Shown here: positions 24,964 to 38,832 of the stretch, piece after piece | How positions within the stretch are numbered: position 1 is the first letter of the stretch | How the letters are laid out: every line of letters begins with the position of its first letter | DNA from: Phoronis australis | Lineage: Eukaryota > Animalia > Phoronida | Length of the DNA: 64,000 nucleotides | Assembly (NCBI GenBank): GCA_002633005.1 | Contig: NMRA01000566.1 | Location: 62,001 to 126,000 of the forward strand | Direction: 5' to 3' | The notes under the pieces: model-generated | Databases searched by the model: none | What the model was told of the DNA's origin: nothing | The model's input: only the letters and a program-made list of their open reading frames with translations | Translations under genes and position numbers: made by a program

Positions 24964-27899
24964 TTAAGAGCAATGTATTTTAGTATCTGAGATTATGGAG
25001 TGGAAGACAACACATGAGCCGTCCACGACCATAGAGAGTGCCAACAATGCTAGTGAAGTGCATTAAAATGGATTTGGATACGAAAGTGTGAACAAACCTG
25101 TTCTGGTTATAACTTGGAGAGCGTTTGTTGAAGTACGGGTTTATTACAGAAAATGACAGATGCTAAGGATTGAATATTCAACACACTCAAGGTTCGAGTA
25201 CAGATTTCATAACGATGTAATCGATGGGGCATAACTAAAACTTTCATAAAATACTTAGGGTAAATTTAGTATAGCGCCATGAGTTCAATCACGGCCAGTG
25301 CTCGAGAACCAGACTACGCCAGAACCCACAGTTATGTAAAAGTAGTTGTCCGTGAGCCGTCATGTGCTCTGTACTGTGTGCCCGTGGATCAGACTGCGAC
25401 AGAACTTACAATTCAGTGAAGGTAGCTGGCCGTAGGTCGTCATGTGTTCTTTGTTCACGGAAATGACACACAAACGAAAACATTTCAGTCAATGCTACTA
25501 AAAGTCAAAAACGTCAAGGAAGTTTGAAGACAATTAACGTTCTTCCCACCTTTAAGTGTATTGATTTTCTTTTAAGGTCTTTAAAATTAATTAAAATTCC
25601 TTTTGATCACCTTTTCAATAAATGTGACTACATTAAAGGTTCCCTCTATAGTCTATTTTTCACATAAAATGTCACTCATAGGTGAATAACTTGAATTAAG
25701 ATTTAAAACAATAGAGACTTGGAACTTTCAACAGACCGACTGCTGCTAAAATTCTTGAGAAAACTTCCCACACTCTTAAATCCTCTCAATTAAAATTCCA
25801 CGCAATTTACATCGTAATTGCTCGTGGTGAGCCCTAACATTTTTACTCATTGGTTGTTGAAGTTACCACAAACTTGTGTTTGACTGATATGAGCGAGTGG
25901 AACGCCGTGCAAGCTTTTGTAAAGTTAAGTGTTAGAGACCGAACTCTCAAGAATTGATAGCCATACAGCAGGACCTGAGGTAAGCTTACATCGGCTATGA
26001 CTGAGTTCTACCTCTAAAGTTAGTTTTATGAGGACATTAACTGTCAAGTCTGGGTATTTTTATCAAATATCTAGAATACTGTAGATTTGAACTCAGTGAA
26101 AGTATGTTTTTTGAAAGTAGAAAGCCGTTAAAATTGAATTTTGGCCATTTGCCAATCTGCCATTAATTGAGTCACGTGATCACGTGTTTCAGTAACAAAT
26201 AAGAAAAATGAATTCACAACAGCATTAACAATAAAGCCAAAATTTGCGTGATGTAAGTGGTCAAGATGACATCTCAAAATCATGTTAGAATTTTTGAAAT
26301 TATCATTGCCATTTCGTTTTGGAAAATTTTGGGGTTTTCATAAAAATCACAACAAGTCCTATTTAGTGTGAGACCCCATGCAAAATGGTGCATTTCAAAA
26401 ATAATTCCTAACATTGTTTTGGAGAGAAGTCTCCGGGGTCTCTCATATTGATAGGGTGGGTGGGGGTACTTTTTCAGCAAGTTTTGGCCCCTAAATCTCT
26501 ATTTCGTCCCCGGAAAAGGCTCAGTGAATTTGTCTCAGCAGTGGGAAAAAGTGCACTGGCTGTCTTCCTACAGAGAAGTCTTCCCTACAAAGGGTGTGGG
26601 AATTAGCAGACTTGGCAGCCTCAATAGGGGGTCTCTCAGCAATTTTTGGTACACGCGTTAGGGAACTTTGTCAATATGAGTGACCCAACGGGAAAACAGT
26701 GCCTAAATGAGGGTATCTAAAAGGGTCATATGACTTCGGCCGGCTCGTTCTGAGATGTGATGTTCCGGAGAAGCCAAATTAGGAATTTTTCTATGGTCCT
26801 TCCCACCCAAAAAACAACCTAATTTGTATCAGTTTTGATCGAGTAGTTCTACTCCATAACGACGCGTACGGTTGCGTTACCTAACACCTGACGGCAGAGG
26901 GAGGTGTTGAAATTATCCAATGACGTCAACGGTTTCACACGCAGTCTGTTCAGCAGTTCACAACACGGGTTACTGGTGTCAGCTTTTCGCTTGAAGTCAT
27001 CGTTTAACACCAATAAATCATCAAACGTCTATGTAAAACCCTTAAAAATACACCGAGTTCTTATAAAAACGTGTTGTTTTATTTCGCTCTTACGGATTTA
27101 TTGGTATTTGGACACACCGTAGCCTACAAAGTTCGGCAGGCCAATAAGGTCCGTAGCAGGAGTTTGGGGTCTGTTCGGAGATAATTCCGAAGTATTTTCC
27201 GTGAGATACAGATCTGTGTTGTTTAGACTTGTGATTTTTTGAGTTCTAAACACAAAACGCTTGTTACCCTGGCTAATGGCTCGTAGCACGATCAGGCCCG
27301 TCGCGGCCGGCCGGATTGACTCGTTATCCCCGCCAGTGGCTCGGAAACTGATCAGACATCACGAACATCAACCAGCCAAAGTTCAGTGGAAACTAATCTT
27401 CCAGTCAAGAAAATACTATACTAGTGAGCCAAAGTAATGTGCACCTGATTATGTTGGCGAATTAGCCTCAAAACTGCAAATTTATTTACTCGTCGAGGGC
27501 CGCGAATTCAGGTTACGCTTTGGCCACAGCACCGTCAGGGCAGAAGTTGCACATTGACAATCATTATTTGAGTAATGTAAATGTAAATAAAGATTCCCCT
27601 AAAACCTGGCCGCGGGATGGAAATCGAGTTGTTTCACAACAGTTTCTGCCAGCAAACAGTAAATTAACATGAGCTCACACGGCGGCCTATGTGTCCCGTC
27701 AATTAGTTTTATTGCACCTAAAGCCGGTAACGCAGTGAATTATTCATTGTTGACTTCTCAAAACATTTGCACTCACGAACACTTCAAAGGCATTACAAAT
27801 TACATCTAACAAGACAGACTTTGTTTCAGTTTTATATAAGTATTGGTTAGGGTGAGAATAATTCATTTTGAAACAGAACGCTTAGTAATAAACGCCAAC

Positions 27900-28460
27900 A
27901 TGGCAACTCGCAATCCCGACTTAGGACGAGCTAGGGCTCATCAGTCCCGACTTCGCAGGTGGATCGTTAAGTTTTACAGGCTATCAATTCGAACAGGTAC
28001 ACAGTGATGAAGAAATACTAGAGAGGCGCCGTGAACAAGCTCAGACAACGGAACTTATGGAGTTATTTGGTAAGCCGGCATTCGTCAGGCACTGTCGACG
28101 TCTGCAGGCCACAGACACGGAGATGTTTCACGGCCTCATACTTGCTATTTACAGTGTACATTTCATTCTTCACTACCGTGAGCCACTATCTAAGCATTTC
28201 GGACTCTCGAGGAAGTAAAAAGAAATGATATAGCCGCTTTCCTAGCAGCTGCTTAGTTCGGACAAGCGGGAACGATGCACCGCAACATAGCGGCATTCAC
28301 TCTGCATATGAACCACTGACGTCGCTAGCGTCGTTTCTCACCTTCCTCACAGGTTAACGCGACACCTCTTAGCAAGGTAATGTCGACCGTATGCGAGGCG
28401 ATGTGGATATAGACCGATTAAGAAAAAAAGACTAATTAAATCGGGCGGCATTCTCCTTTA
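27900..28460 (+). mobile_element. Possible THAP-bearing Kolobok relic
   Basis: Fragments GYQFEQ.., LWSYLVSR.. and AIYSVHF (CSxHF-like) occur in different frames, and the region ends in ...CCT|TTAA. No matching left TIR was found. Confidence 0.3.
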
Positions 28461-31400
28461 AATATGATAACCGTCAGTGGCAGCATAACTAAAGTTAGGT
28501 AACTAATCCACCCAAGTGAACACAAATTTTGACCTCGATACTTCAAATTTAAGAATTTGTTTTGTACATAATACTTTTCAATACAAAACGTTGAGGTCAT
28601 GATGGTGTAACTTTCTTCTAACACTTAGATTTTTTCAATCAATCACTTAGATGCCTGTGTGATAATAAGCGTGATCCGCAGTTCTTATGTAATTCAACTT
28701 TAGTGTACTCCTTGGCTCATAATGTACTACAAACGGTGCAAACGCCATCATTTTCAAAACAACAGTTTTCGTGCAATTTTGAAAAACATTCTGGGCTTTA
28801 CTATTCAAACTCCATAAGGGGTAATAAAACTCATCGAACCCAGGACTATGAGCACTTTGTTAGGCTGTTTACACTGTACTTACACATTTCAACTAGGGCA
28901 GTGTTATGGCAAAAAGAAGGTGCACAAACAACTATATCAATTTCAAAAGTTAAATATGTTTGAATGGAACACATAATTTTACAAACATCGAATTATTCTA
29001 ATCTACAATGCAAATCAAATAATCCCTTCAACTTAAAATAATACTTTTCAACTCTGGAGCCCAAATGACAGACAATGTTCTATTTCAGTAATTATTTTCT
29101 AAACGATCCAATCATCTGATCAAATGTTATAGGTCAAAGATCACTTCTGCAAAAAAATGAGCTAAACAGTTTAAATTCGTGATAAAAACTTTGAGGTCAT
29201 TTGGCGCACTGATCGGCTCATTATGATGATTTGCCTCTGAAATCTATTTTTTTCACTTTGTACATTAAATCAAGTTCTTATACACTACTCTAACTGTTTA
29301 ACAAGTCAAACTTTCTCTGAATGTTCTTAGCTCCATGTTTTAACTTTTTTTCTTTCACTTTAGCACTTCTCCTACAGCTTTGAACAATATCTATACGCTC
29401 TGAGTGGAAAAATCTGAATTCGTTGATGTGATCATAACCTGAACCTCGCTGCGCAAAACAAAGGCACTTTCCTATAGTGTCGTAGGCGCAAAGAATCTAG
29501 ATGTATATCCTTAACAAACGGATGCAGCATTAAGGACATTTTTTTCTTTTTTATGTACGAAACCTAAAAGCAATTTTAAACTGCTCATTGATCACTAAGT
29601 GACATTCTGTAAAAAAAAACGCACGGAGTCGGGCCGTTTCAAAGTCACCACTTCTATAGTCGGAAAGCGACTGACAACCATGGGTCTCGGAAATCATACA
29701 GTGGTAGGAATTATTAACTTTGGCTGCACCACTAATTCCAATGTCAGGGTAATTGTAGCCTACATACAACAACGAGAGGTTTTCAGCTTCGGTAATAGTC
29801 GTATCAAGTACCTCCGAAAGAGGCCCCGCGCTACCCGTAACTCAGTTAATCTGCTGCACTGTGACAGGAACTAATTTTCACTTTCATTCGAACAAAAATC
29901 GAGGTGATGACGTACATGTTTTCTTGTCGTGCTTTCCAAAATGTAAACGACTTGGCCTTTTCTGACAGCTACCGTAGTAAGCAAATAATACAGAGCACTT
30001 GTTCACAGTACTACAAAAGGTTTTCACTATAGGTGGCGCTTTGTCAGGGGGTGAATACAACAAATAAAACCTACAGAATTAAAACGAGGGTCATTCTCCT
30101 GCTGACAAATTTCCTTTCAAAACAACCAACGTTACGTAAATGCGTAGCCATAGTGCACTTCCAAGACACCCTGGCACAGAACTTGGCGCTCGCTAAGGCC
30201 GATCGAGATGATCGATTACACTGGTCACCGCCGATATTCCCTCTGTCCTCAGACAACTTACATGTATATAAGCCTATTCATGCAGCACGCGGAAAGGTTA
30301 ACGCAAAGATTACTTTCTCAACAGTGGTTGCGACACCGAAATTGGTTTTCCTTGCGCAGAGGTACAGCCGGAAATGTCGAAAGTGTGGTTTTGATTTGGT
30401 ATTTCAATTATTACAAAAAATTAATAAAAACGGTTAGGTGTGCTCATCTTGATAAAGCACTTCCAAACGACCATTGATTTTAGATATACTTCATGTCGGT
30501 TTTTGGCACTTTATTTTAATACTCCAGTTTGTTTTGTTTATTGCCAGATTGCTATCCTTTGATTGTATTTTAAGCTTGAAGTGCCAAAACAGTGGCAGAT
30601 TTTGATCGTCAGTAAAACTTTGAAGGCAGCTCTCGCCCACCGCCCAGTTCATCCATTGCTAGAATTTCCTCAATGACTTTGAAGCCAGCCATAATAAGTC
30701 TTTACAACACGTGCTTCATGACCAGCTTATTACTGTCATTTGGCACATTCTCGCGAATACCAAAGTTTTTCAGTTAGCATGTTACTGCTCGAGTAAAGTA
30801 GTTCGACATGATTGGGCGGTGGGAGCTATTTTAAAAGTTATGATTATCTAATTTGGTCACCGTGTATTGTTTTTATTTGCCGTAATGTACATGTAGTTAA
30901 GTTGTACAGTACACTAAAAATGAACCCCGTGATATTATCGATTATCAGCGTTTGTAAATCTTCTAAATCAATAGACACAGTCGTTTCTCTACAATCTGTA
31001 ACCATTGTTTGTAATATCTAGCCTAGCACTAGTTCATCGATTTTTTAAAATTGAAAACCATACTGTGTTGCTTTTGCCATCTGAATACCGTTTACACTTA
31101 ACGAAATTTATTGGTTTATACATTATGAAAATTTTCAAGTCAGTATTCACTGGCAGAGATGTTTACTGCAGTTTATGGCTAGCTTATTTAAGAATAATTG
31201 GGTCTTACTCGCACTCGACAATACGGTCATCACAACTGTTTCCGAATCTGGCGCCGCGCACTCTTTGATACTGGTGAAAGCCGCTCGGAGCACTGCTTAA
31301 ATGACCAGCAGTGAAAATTCCCGCATATCTTTAGAAATCATTGTAAGCGGAATATTAATGCACTGCTGCCAAGGCCGAGATGACCTAACGGTTTGCTGTC

Positions 31401-31687
31401 AGACACATGTGGAAAATAGGTACCAAAGTACAACTAGTCTGTCTTCCATTTCAATTGAGCATCGTTTTGAGTTTTACTGATAATTATTTTCAGCCACTCC
31501 TGTTGAGTCATTCAAACATCGCTTGCATCTCTATGTTTTTGATATGACGTCATTCTTTTTGTAATCTGCAACAGCACAACTACGTCACTACAAGTACCTA
31601 TTCAAAGTATCTTCATGTGCACAGTCACGCATGTATTGATATTATAGCATATTGGCGTCACAATGCCGAGCGTCCAGGTGTCCGCTT

Positions 31688-32287
31688 TATGGTGGGCCGT
31701 TGAGGGGAAAGTGTCGCCGTAAAATTACGCTCGTAATTACGAGCGTAAATTAAATTGCAGGAGTGTCGCCGTACAATAACGCTCTTAAATTAAATGGGGA
31801 AAAGTTTCGCCGTAAAATTACGCTCGTAATTACGAGCGTAAGTTAAATTGCAAAAGTGTTGCAGTAAAATTACGCCCGTAAATTAAATGGGGGAAATGTC
31901 GCCGTAAATTACGCTCGTAAAGAACCTTAAGAACGTTCCAAATTTAAACCAATCAGTGATGACCTAACATACCCGACTGTTGCTAGGCATCTTGCACAAT
32001 CGCTGACATGGCAGCAGCAATTTGATCCGCCATGATTCAGCGCTCGTATCGTAGACATGAAATCCCTCAGTAAATAAGTATTTTCATGAGCGCGCGCGAT
32101 CGTGGATTGTAAAACCCAACGTCATTGGCTAAGAGTTTAAACTAAATTACGAGTGTAATTTTACGCCATAAAGAATTAAATTACTCTCGTAATTTTACGG
32201 CGTAATTAACGGCGTAAATAACGGCGTAATGTACACAATTACGCTCGTATTTTTCCGGCGACACTTTCCCCCCAACAGCCCATCATA
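31688..32287. mobile_element. IS3EU-like MITE with palindromic subterminal repeats
   Basis: CCGCTT|TATGGTGGGCCGTTGAGGGGAAAGTGTCGCCG ... CGGCGACACTTTCCCCCCAACAGCCCATCATA|CCGCTT: TAY..RTA termini and a 6-bp TSD. Internal AATTACGCTCGTAATTACGAGCGTAA repeats. Confidence 0.75.
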
Positions 32288-35200
32288 CCGCTTGAGATAT
32301 TTTCAGTTGAGACCCATTTGTCGGGTGTCCTTGATAAAATTTGACACTGTGACAACACTTTATAGGGCATTTTTAGAACTGACCCCGACCCCCAGGACCA
32401 TAGGGGCGGGGCTTTTCAGTGTTTCCGGATATCTAGATTTTTTCGTGACACCGAGATATGTGACGTTATGTGGAACTTTGGACGAACTCGACCTCTGAAT
32501 CACACTCTAATGTTGTTTCAAATGTTGAACATTCCAATTTTTCCCAACATTAACTTTAATTCTGACTTGTGTAGTTTTCCCTCATTGTGATCGGTCAAAC
32601 TATTGTCTCTATAGCCCTACACCTTACTTGAAGTTGGTAAGCACTCCAAGAAACATGCCGTTTTCTATACACTATAGGCGCATATCAGTGCTTCGTGCTG
32701 CTCTTGTTTATTTTCATTTTCATGTGGCGTCATTACTTCCGTCAGTGTCATCACGGAATGTGCGTTTGACGTAGTGCACAATGGATGTACTTAAGAGTCT
32801 CCATGTACGCCTCCATAAGGTCACGCGCAACTGGTTAGTGGTTAACACTATTTCTGCTAGGTAGGCTACAGTGCTCTTCGAAAAGTTTGTATTCAACTAT
32901 TCAATTTCCCGCCTGACGGTCATTGCTGTAGCTTAAAAATAACCTCCGCTGCTTCAAACATGTGTTTTCCCGATATGTCATTCAAATGCAACAGTAATGT
33001 ATAGTATGAACTGTTACAAGTTCACTCCACTCGGAAATAAAAACGTGAACATATGAACCACACGATGTAATGACAACTTACAAAGTTGTGGGAATTATGA
33101 AACCAGAATTAAAAGATCTTTCAGTCCACCATCGGAAAAGCTGGTATTTCATTGTGAAGTTCATCCCGAAAAGGGTACATGTATAACACTGTCAGATTTT
33201 TTGATTGAATAACAGATTGTAAAATCAAGTTCTTCACTCAAAATAACGGGATTGAACACTTTTAAAAACAGAGATGGTCGAACACGTTGTAGATGGTCCG
33301 GTGAGAACAAATTAACAAATGTTCCAAACGTACATGTGTATTGCACAAGGTGAGCTCCCCAATTGCGCTACTATAGGACTATTGCTGCCGGTGGCGGAGG
33401 CAGCAGTGTCGCCACCCCGCCATCGTAAGTTGTTCCGGTCGTCAAAAATATTGTGACACCCTTCCCATTGTGCGCCGCTGGGGGTGGTCCGAACCCGCCT
33501 CCCCGAGCTACGCTAATGGCTATCTCGCAAATACATAAGCGCTTAGGCTTCGCTCAAGAGCTCTTACCCAACCGTGGATCGGATCATGCCAAACTCAGCG
33601 GCTTCCGTTGACTCGGCTCCTTTACTTCAATAACTTTTTTAGTCAAAATTACGTGCCCACGCTATTTTTGCGTGTGACATTTATTCTTTTTTGATTGAAG
33701 GGAACCCGAGAGTGTTGCGTTGTGTAGCTATATGCCTACATCTGTATTTAAGTCGATATCATAAAAACCACATATTGAAGTCGACGCTTGCTCGACAGAA
33801 GCCCAAAGATTAGTGCGCTTAAAGTGTTGGAGTTTTAAGCGAATTCATTCAATGAAGAATGGGAAGGAGGATCACGTACATGTAACGTCGTTTCACTCCT
33901 GTTCTCGCGTCGTTCGTGCACATCTTGTGGATTAGTTTCGCAACGGTTCGTAAATATTACTTTTGAACCGCAAAAATTAAACAACACTGCTTGCAAGTCT
34001 AGTGAATGAAAGCAGTTTTGAAAAACTCAAAAGATCCCGAATTATCCATACATGTACAGTCTATAGTAAATTTTTTAAGACCTGTTTACATTGTGGAACG
34101 TTTATGAACTATTTGCGAAACACTCTATTTTTTTAAATGTAGCGGCATATTTTTGAAAAGTTACAGTGTGTACGTGTTCTGCAACAGTTTGGAAAGAACC
34201 TGGTACATCTTTTCGAAATGTTTAAAATATATTTAACATAAAAATAAAATTCAGTGCGTATAAAACTTCTGCTGATCTTTTACAGCCTCACACGACGACA
34301 TTGCTACACATGTGCTCAAGTGTATAAATTTTGATTGTATGTATTCGTCAACTTAATATATTCGTCGACTCGTTTGTTGGTTCCAACATAAAATGAAGTA
34401 TTTAATACGTAAATTTCCGGTGATTAAGTGACACATTGAGCAACTCTAATGTTTTCCATCGAGACCTACTAGGAGACTCGATATTCACAAGGTAACGCTA
34501 ATAAAGAATGAACAGTTTTCCTCTGGCATCGGCGAAACCAACGTTCTCCATCCGCATGAGGGTATTCTTGGGAAAAGGTGCGACTACCTGAATGCATGCA
34601 TTTATATCAGTGGCAGTGCATCACAAGCGCTACTTAGTGAACTTCCAGTTCCCTTTTCAAATCAATGCCTTTAGAAAGTGTTTCCAAAGTTTAGTTGGAG
34701 GGAAAATTTCACAGATTCTCTGTACAACTCTGAACCATGTTGTTGTCGTGGTGACAATATGTGTCGACAACGACAACATTTGCCACAACAAGCCCTCGAC
34801 TTGCACGACCTCTTCCTGACAGTCACTTCTTCACTGTGGCAGCACGTCGCAAGTTTGACTTGCAAACGTTGCATAAAATGCATCGTTTGTCTTGTAAAAT
34901 AGGCTGCATTCGCCCTGTTCAGCAGGCTCAAAATGAAAATTGAGTTAGGCCTTTTACTCGCACACATTCCGTCACTCTCATGTATTTCTCTTCCGTGATA
35001 AGATTCCATTTCCGCTAGTCACAAGCAATTCGTACGTGTGCCATTGTCAATTTCGCAACTTTAAGGTTGATTATAATCCTAACTAAGTCTGTCCTTGAAT
35101 CGCTGATGATTTCTATGTTTTTCACTAACGGAAACCTGAGAAGGTATGGAATATTAAGAGACAAATTCTGAGAGTAAAATACCTCATTCGATTTCCTTTT

Positions 35201-35710
35201 TGGCCGGCTAATGAGGGTGAAAAGCTGCTTTAACCGATTGCAAGACACTGTGCGAAAACATAAGCACTGGGGCCCAGGACTGCAACGTGATCTCTACAGC
35301 AACGCCCGCACCAACCTGCGCCGGTACTGCGTCATCTATTGCAAACTTGGGTCGTGTTTTAACTACTTGCTAATTGAATTTGTAAAAGGTTTTACTTGGC
35401 GACGTATAACTCGGCAATGCGACCCCACGTTTTTGGCGACCTGGAAACGTTCCAAGTCGCCACGAAGTCATGGTAATCACCATCACTGACTGACACAGTC
35501 TATAGTATTATCGTTACCTGTCTTTTTACAATTTTAATGCTATGGTGCACCGAAATGCAATTTGTTGCTTCAAGGCAAAATATTTCGATTCCTGAAATGT
35601 TTTTCTTGGATCCACAAATCCTCTGTCTTGTTCACTTTTGCAAACAACGGGCAAATTTTCAATTTACTATCATGCGGGACAAATGAGTGATTTCTGAAAA
35701 GTTCACTTAC

Positions 35711-35939
35711 CTTCAAAGTATTCATCGGTGTGAAACAGATCGTGCAGGTTCTGTGGTAGAACGAACGTTGTTAGCAACATGTCGCTCAGGGCCACGTTTA
35801 AAATATACATATTCACTGTGATTTTCTTGTGTCGGTGGCCGCGCAGGATCGTCAAAACGATAATTATGTTGCAAGCAAGAGATACAAGCAAGATGATTGA
35901 GATAACGCATGTGAATACAATTACGCCAGCTGTCGCCAT
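35711..35939 (-). CDS. Rhodopsin-class GPCR, exon 1 (TM1, TM2, ECL1)
   Basis: Start context gacATGG; motifs LACNIII, TVNMYILNVALSD (NLAxxD) and VLP. Donor GAA G|GTAAGT is phase 1 and joins exon 2 to give YFEGQLLCK. Spliced CDS is 229+761+198=1188 nt, 395 aa. Confidence 0.92.
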
Positions 35940-36005
35940 GTCTCCCCACAGTTCGTGAAAGGCGTGGATAACGGTTGGTCTCCAGTTCCATCACGTGCCG
36001 CACAC

Positions 36006-36012
36006 ATTTATA
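36006..36012 (-). promoter_or_regulatory. Candidate TATA box for the GPCR
   Basis: TATAAAT on the minus strand, about 70 nt upstream of the ATG at 35939. Confidence 0.35.
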
Positions 36013-37249
36013 CTAGCACGCGACACAGTTTTGTCTTTAAATCGATATCGCGCGAGTTAACGAGTTTTAATTGAACTTTTCTACGGTGACCACTTTCCTA
36101 CACATTTTACACATGCGCCTAACGAGGCCTGTAAGACCACAAGTTGCCGCACATTTCGACGTGTGCAGACCTGCGAACCAAATTAAAGCATGGGCGGCGC
36201 AGCACTGGAAAATGGGGGGCTCTAGCCCCNCCCCCCCCCCCTACTCCGTCCCCCTATGGTGCCCCACCCATGTAAAGGTAGATTTTCTTTGCAACAATTG
36301 TTGGTTCGTAAAGTGTCATAAGATCAGTGTCATAACCCTCAAAGTACACGACAGTTTGTGGAGAATTTGAAGAACAATTTGTAAATTCTGATGACCAATG
36401 AGGTCGTTTATCTCACTGTGTGGATGCAGTGAAGATATGAATCCACGAATTATAGACAAATGCCCTTTACAAGGACGTACGTCAAAATGACGATGTTAAA
36501 CTGCATTAGTATATGAAGTATGTACGATACAACATTGGCAGGCCGCTAACAACACCATCGTTTGCATTCGGCGTTAATGGCCATTTTCAGTAACACCGCA
36601 TGCCACTTTAAACGGCCGTACCCGCCAATATCGCAGTATCTGCCAAGTTCCACGCCATTCTTGACGTTGAAGCCATCTTCAGGGATAGGGTGAAGAAACC
36701 ACTCACCTACCAAAACCACGAAGACTTGTATCAACTGTAAATGCACTCAATTGCTTTTTTATTCTTCATGTATCGCAACAGTTTGAACTTCAACGTAGCG
36801 ACCATCATAAACCAAAATTTTTGAAACGGAAAAACTACGACAGCTCGTGTTTCAAAGGTTTGAAGACACTGCCCACACATTGTGGTCTAGATTTACCCTT
36901 GAATTGTGACCTACTTTTCCTGTTTGTGCGAAAACTCGTTCTCAAATTAAGTTAACACATAGGCTGTGCAACAACATGTATAGCTTTAAGTACGTTAATC
37001 TGGCTGAATCGAATGAGGCATTATACTTTTAAAACATTGGTCACAAAAATTTCCTCAGTACAATAGGACTTCTTTTCTGTCACCGATTACAATGTACATG
37101 GATTTGCCATTTACACTGACTTTCAGGGGTCAATAGCAGGCAATCTTCAACTCAGAACAGATAAAAAAATCAAGCAAACGCCATTCGTAGCAGTCATATT
37201 CAGCACATAACATAAAAAGTCACGCCACCCCAGCGGGAGTCAATTTTTT

Positions 37250-38832
37250 ACAAGAGCATCGCGGAGCGTTGAAATGCGTCCACGAATGCACGGCACACGG
37301 AGTGCTTCTAGGGTTGTTTACTTGTTACCATAAAATAGCCTCCAGAGGGCGAAAAAATGTCCAAGACATCTGAAGATGGGAAAATGCCATCGCTTTTTTA
37401 ATAGAAAGCTATTTGCCAAATTTCATAAAAAATTGTCAAGGAACTTCTGAGAAACAAAGGAAAACAAAAAATGAAATTGCCACTATGGGACACAGCCTTC
37501 AATGGATCCGCCGGAAAGACGTCGTCATCTGTTGTTAGCTTCAAATAAATACAATTAATAAATTTAGTATAGTTCCTGCAGTGAGTTTAGGAGATGCAGC
37601 TATGGGCGCAAAACAAAACAAAACTACCCCTAGGAGGCGCTACAGTAGTCGAATTCGTTATCGTCAACCGTCATCCTCACAATTTTCAACTTGAAGTCAT
37701 CCTCAGAATGGTTTGGTTGATCGAGGGGTGGACTCCAAAAAACAAGACTCGAAAACAGGAAAAATGGCCACTAGGTGTCGCAAAGTACCTCGATTCCATC
37801 TGAAAGCGGGAGGATAGCGCCATCATCTCACAAATAAATGCCTATATTCCAAACTTTCTGATAATCCGTTGAGGACCTTTGAAGAGGCAAACCTAAAAAA
37901 TGAAAATTGCTAGTAGGGGGCATACTGGTAGTCAGATCCGTCCGAAAGTTTTTGTCATCCGTTGTCAACATCAAATAATTATACTTGCTAAATTTAGCAA
38001 AGATGCCGCAAACCCGCGTTGACATACAACCATGGACGCAAAAAAACTGCCACTGGGACGCCAAAAAAAAAACTAAAAACAGTAAAAATGGCCACTAGGC
38101 GGCGCAAACTACGTCAAATCCATCCGAAAATGGGAGGATATATATATTTCAAATTTTTTGAAAATACGTTGAGAACTTTTGACGATACATAGGAAAACAT
38201 AAAACAATTAAATTGTTACTAGGGGGCCCACCGGTAGTCAGATCCGTCCGAAAGTCGTCGTCATCCATTGTCAACATCATATAAATACACTTGCAGAATT
38301 TAGTAAAGATCCTGCAATGGTTTAGGAGAAACAGCCATGGGCGGAAATAAAGAGACAAAACTGCCAATAGGAGGCACCGCAGTATTTGAAACGTCGGAAA
38401 ATTATCGTCAGCCGACCTCTCCCTAATAAAAACATACATGCCAATTTCCACAATCATCCTTAGAGCGGTTTGGTTGATTGAGGGGTGGACGCCAAAAGAA
38501 AAACAGAATCGAAAACAGCAAAAATGGCCACTAGCTGGCGCAAACTGGGTAGAATCCATCCGAAAACTGGAGGATGGCGTCACCCCACTAATAGATGCCT
38601 ATATGTCAAATTTTATGAAAATACGTCGAGGACATTTGAACAGGTAAGCGTAAAAAACTAAAATTGCCCCTATAGGGCACACCGGTAGTCGGATCCGTCC
38701 GAAAGTTCGCTCATGCCGTCCCATCCATGATAGGAACAAATGAGCAAAATTTCATGAGTGTACGTCAAAGGACGCCGGACGGACGGAGGTGACGGCATAA
38801 TGCGTCCACATATAAATATGTGGGCGCATAAT
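37250..38832 (+). mobile_element. Helentron-associated non-autonomous element (HINE/DINE-like) with internal tandem subrepeats
   Basis: Starts ACAAGAGC...ATGCGTCCAC. Internal ~140-160-bp units each carry a GCCACTAG-type core. It has a (GGAC)n tract and a terminal hairpin ATGCGTCCACAT-ATAAAT-ATGTGGGCGCAT. Confidence 0.75.

Noticed and set aside
25634-28460. One large TTAA-flanked transposon from ttaaAGG at 25634 to CCTttaa at 28460
   Set aside because: The ends match only over AGG/CCT, with no extended TIR.
30033-30477. 134-aa and overlapping ORFs in GPCR intron 1
   Set aside because: No domain signature or splice support; they are consistent with chance ORFs.
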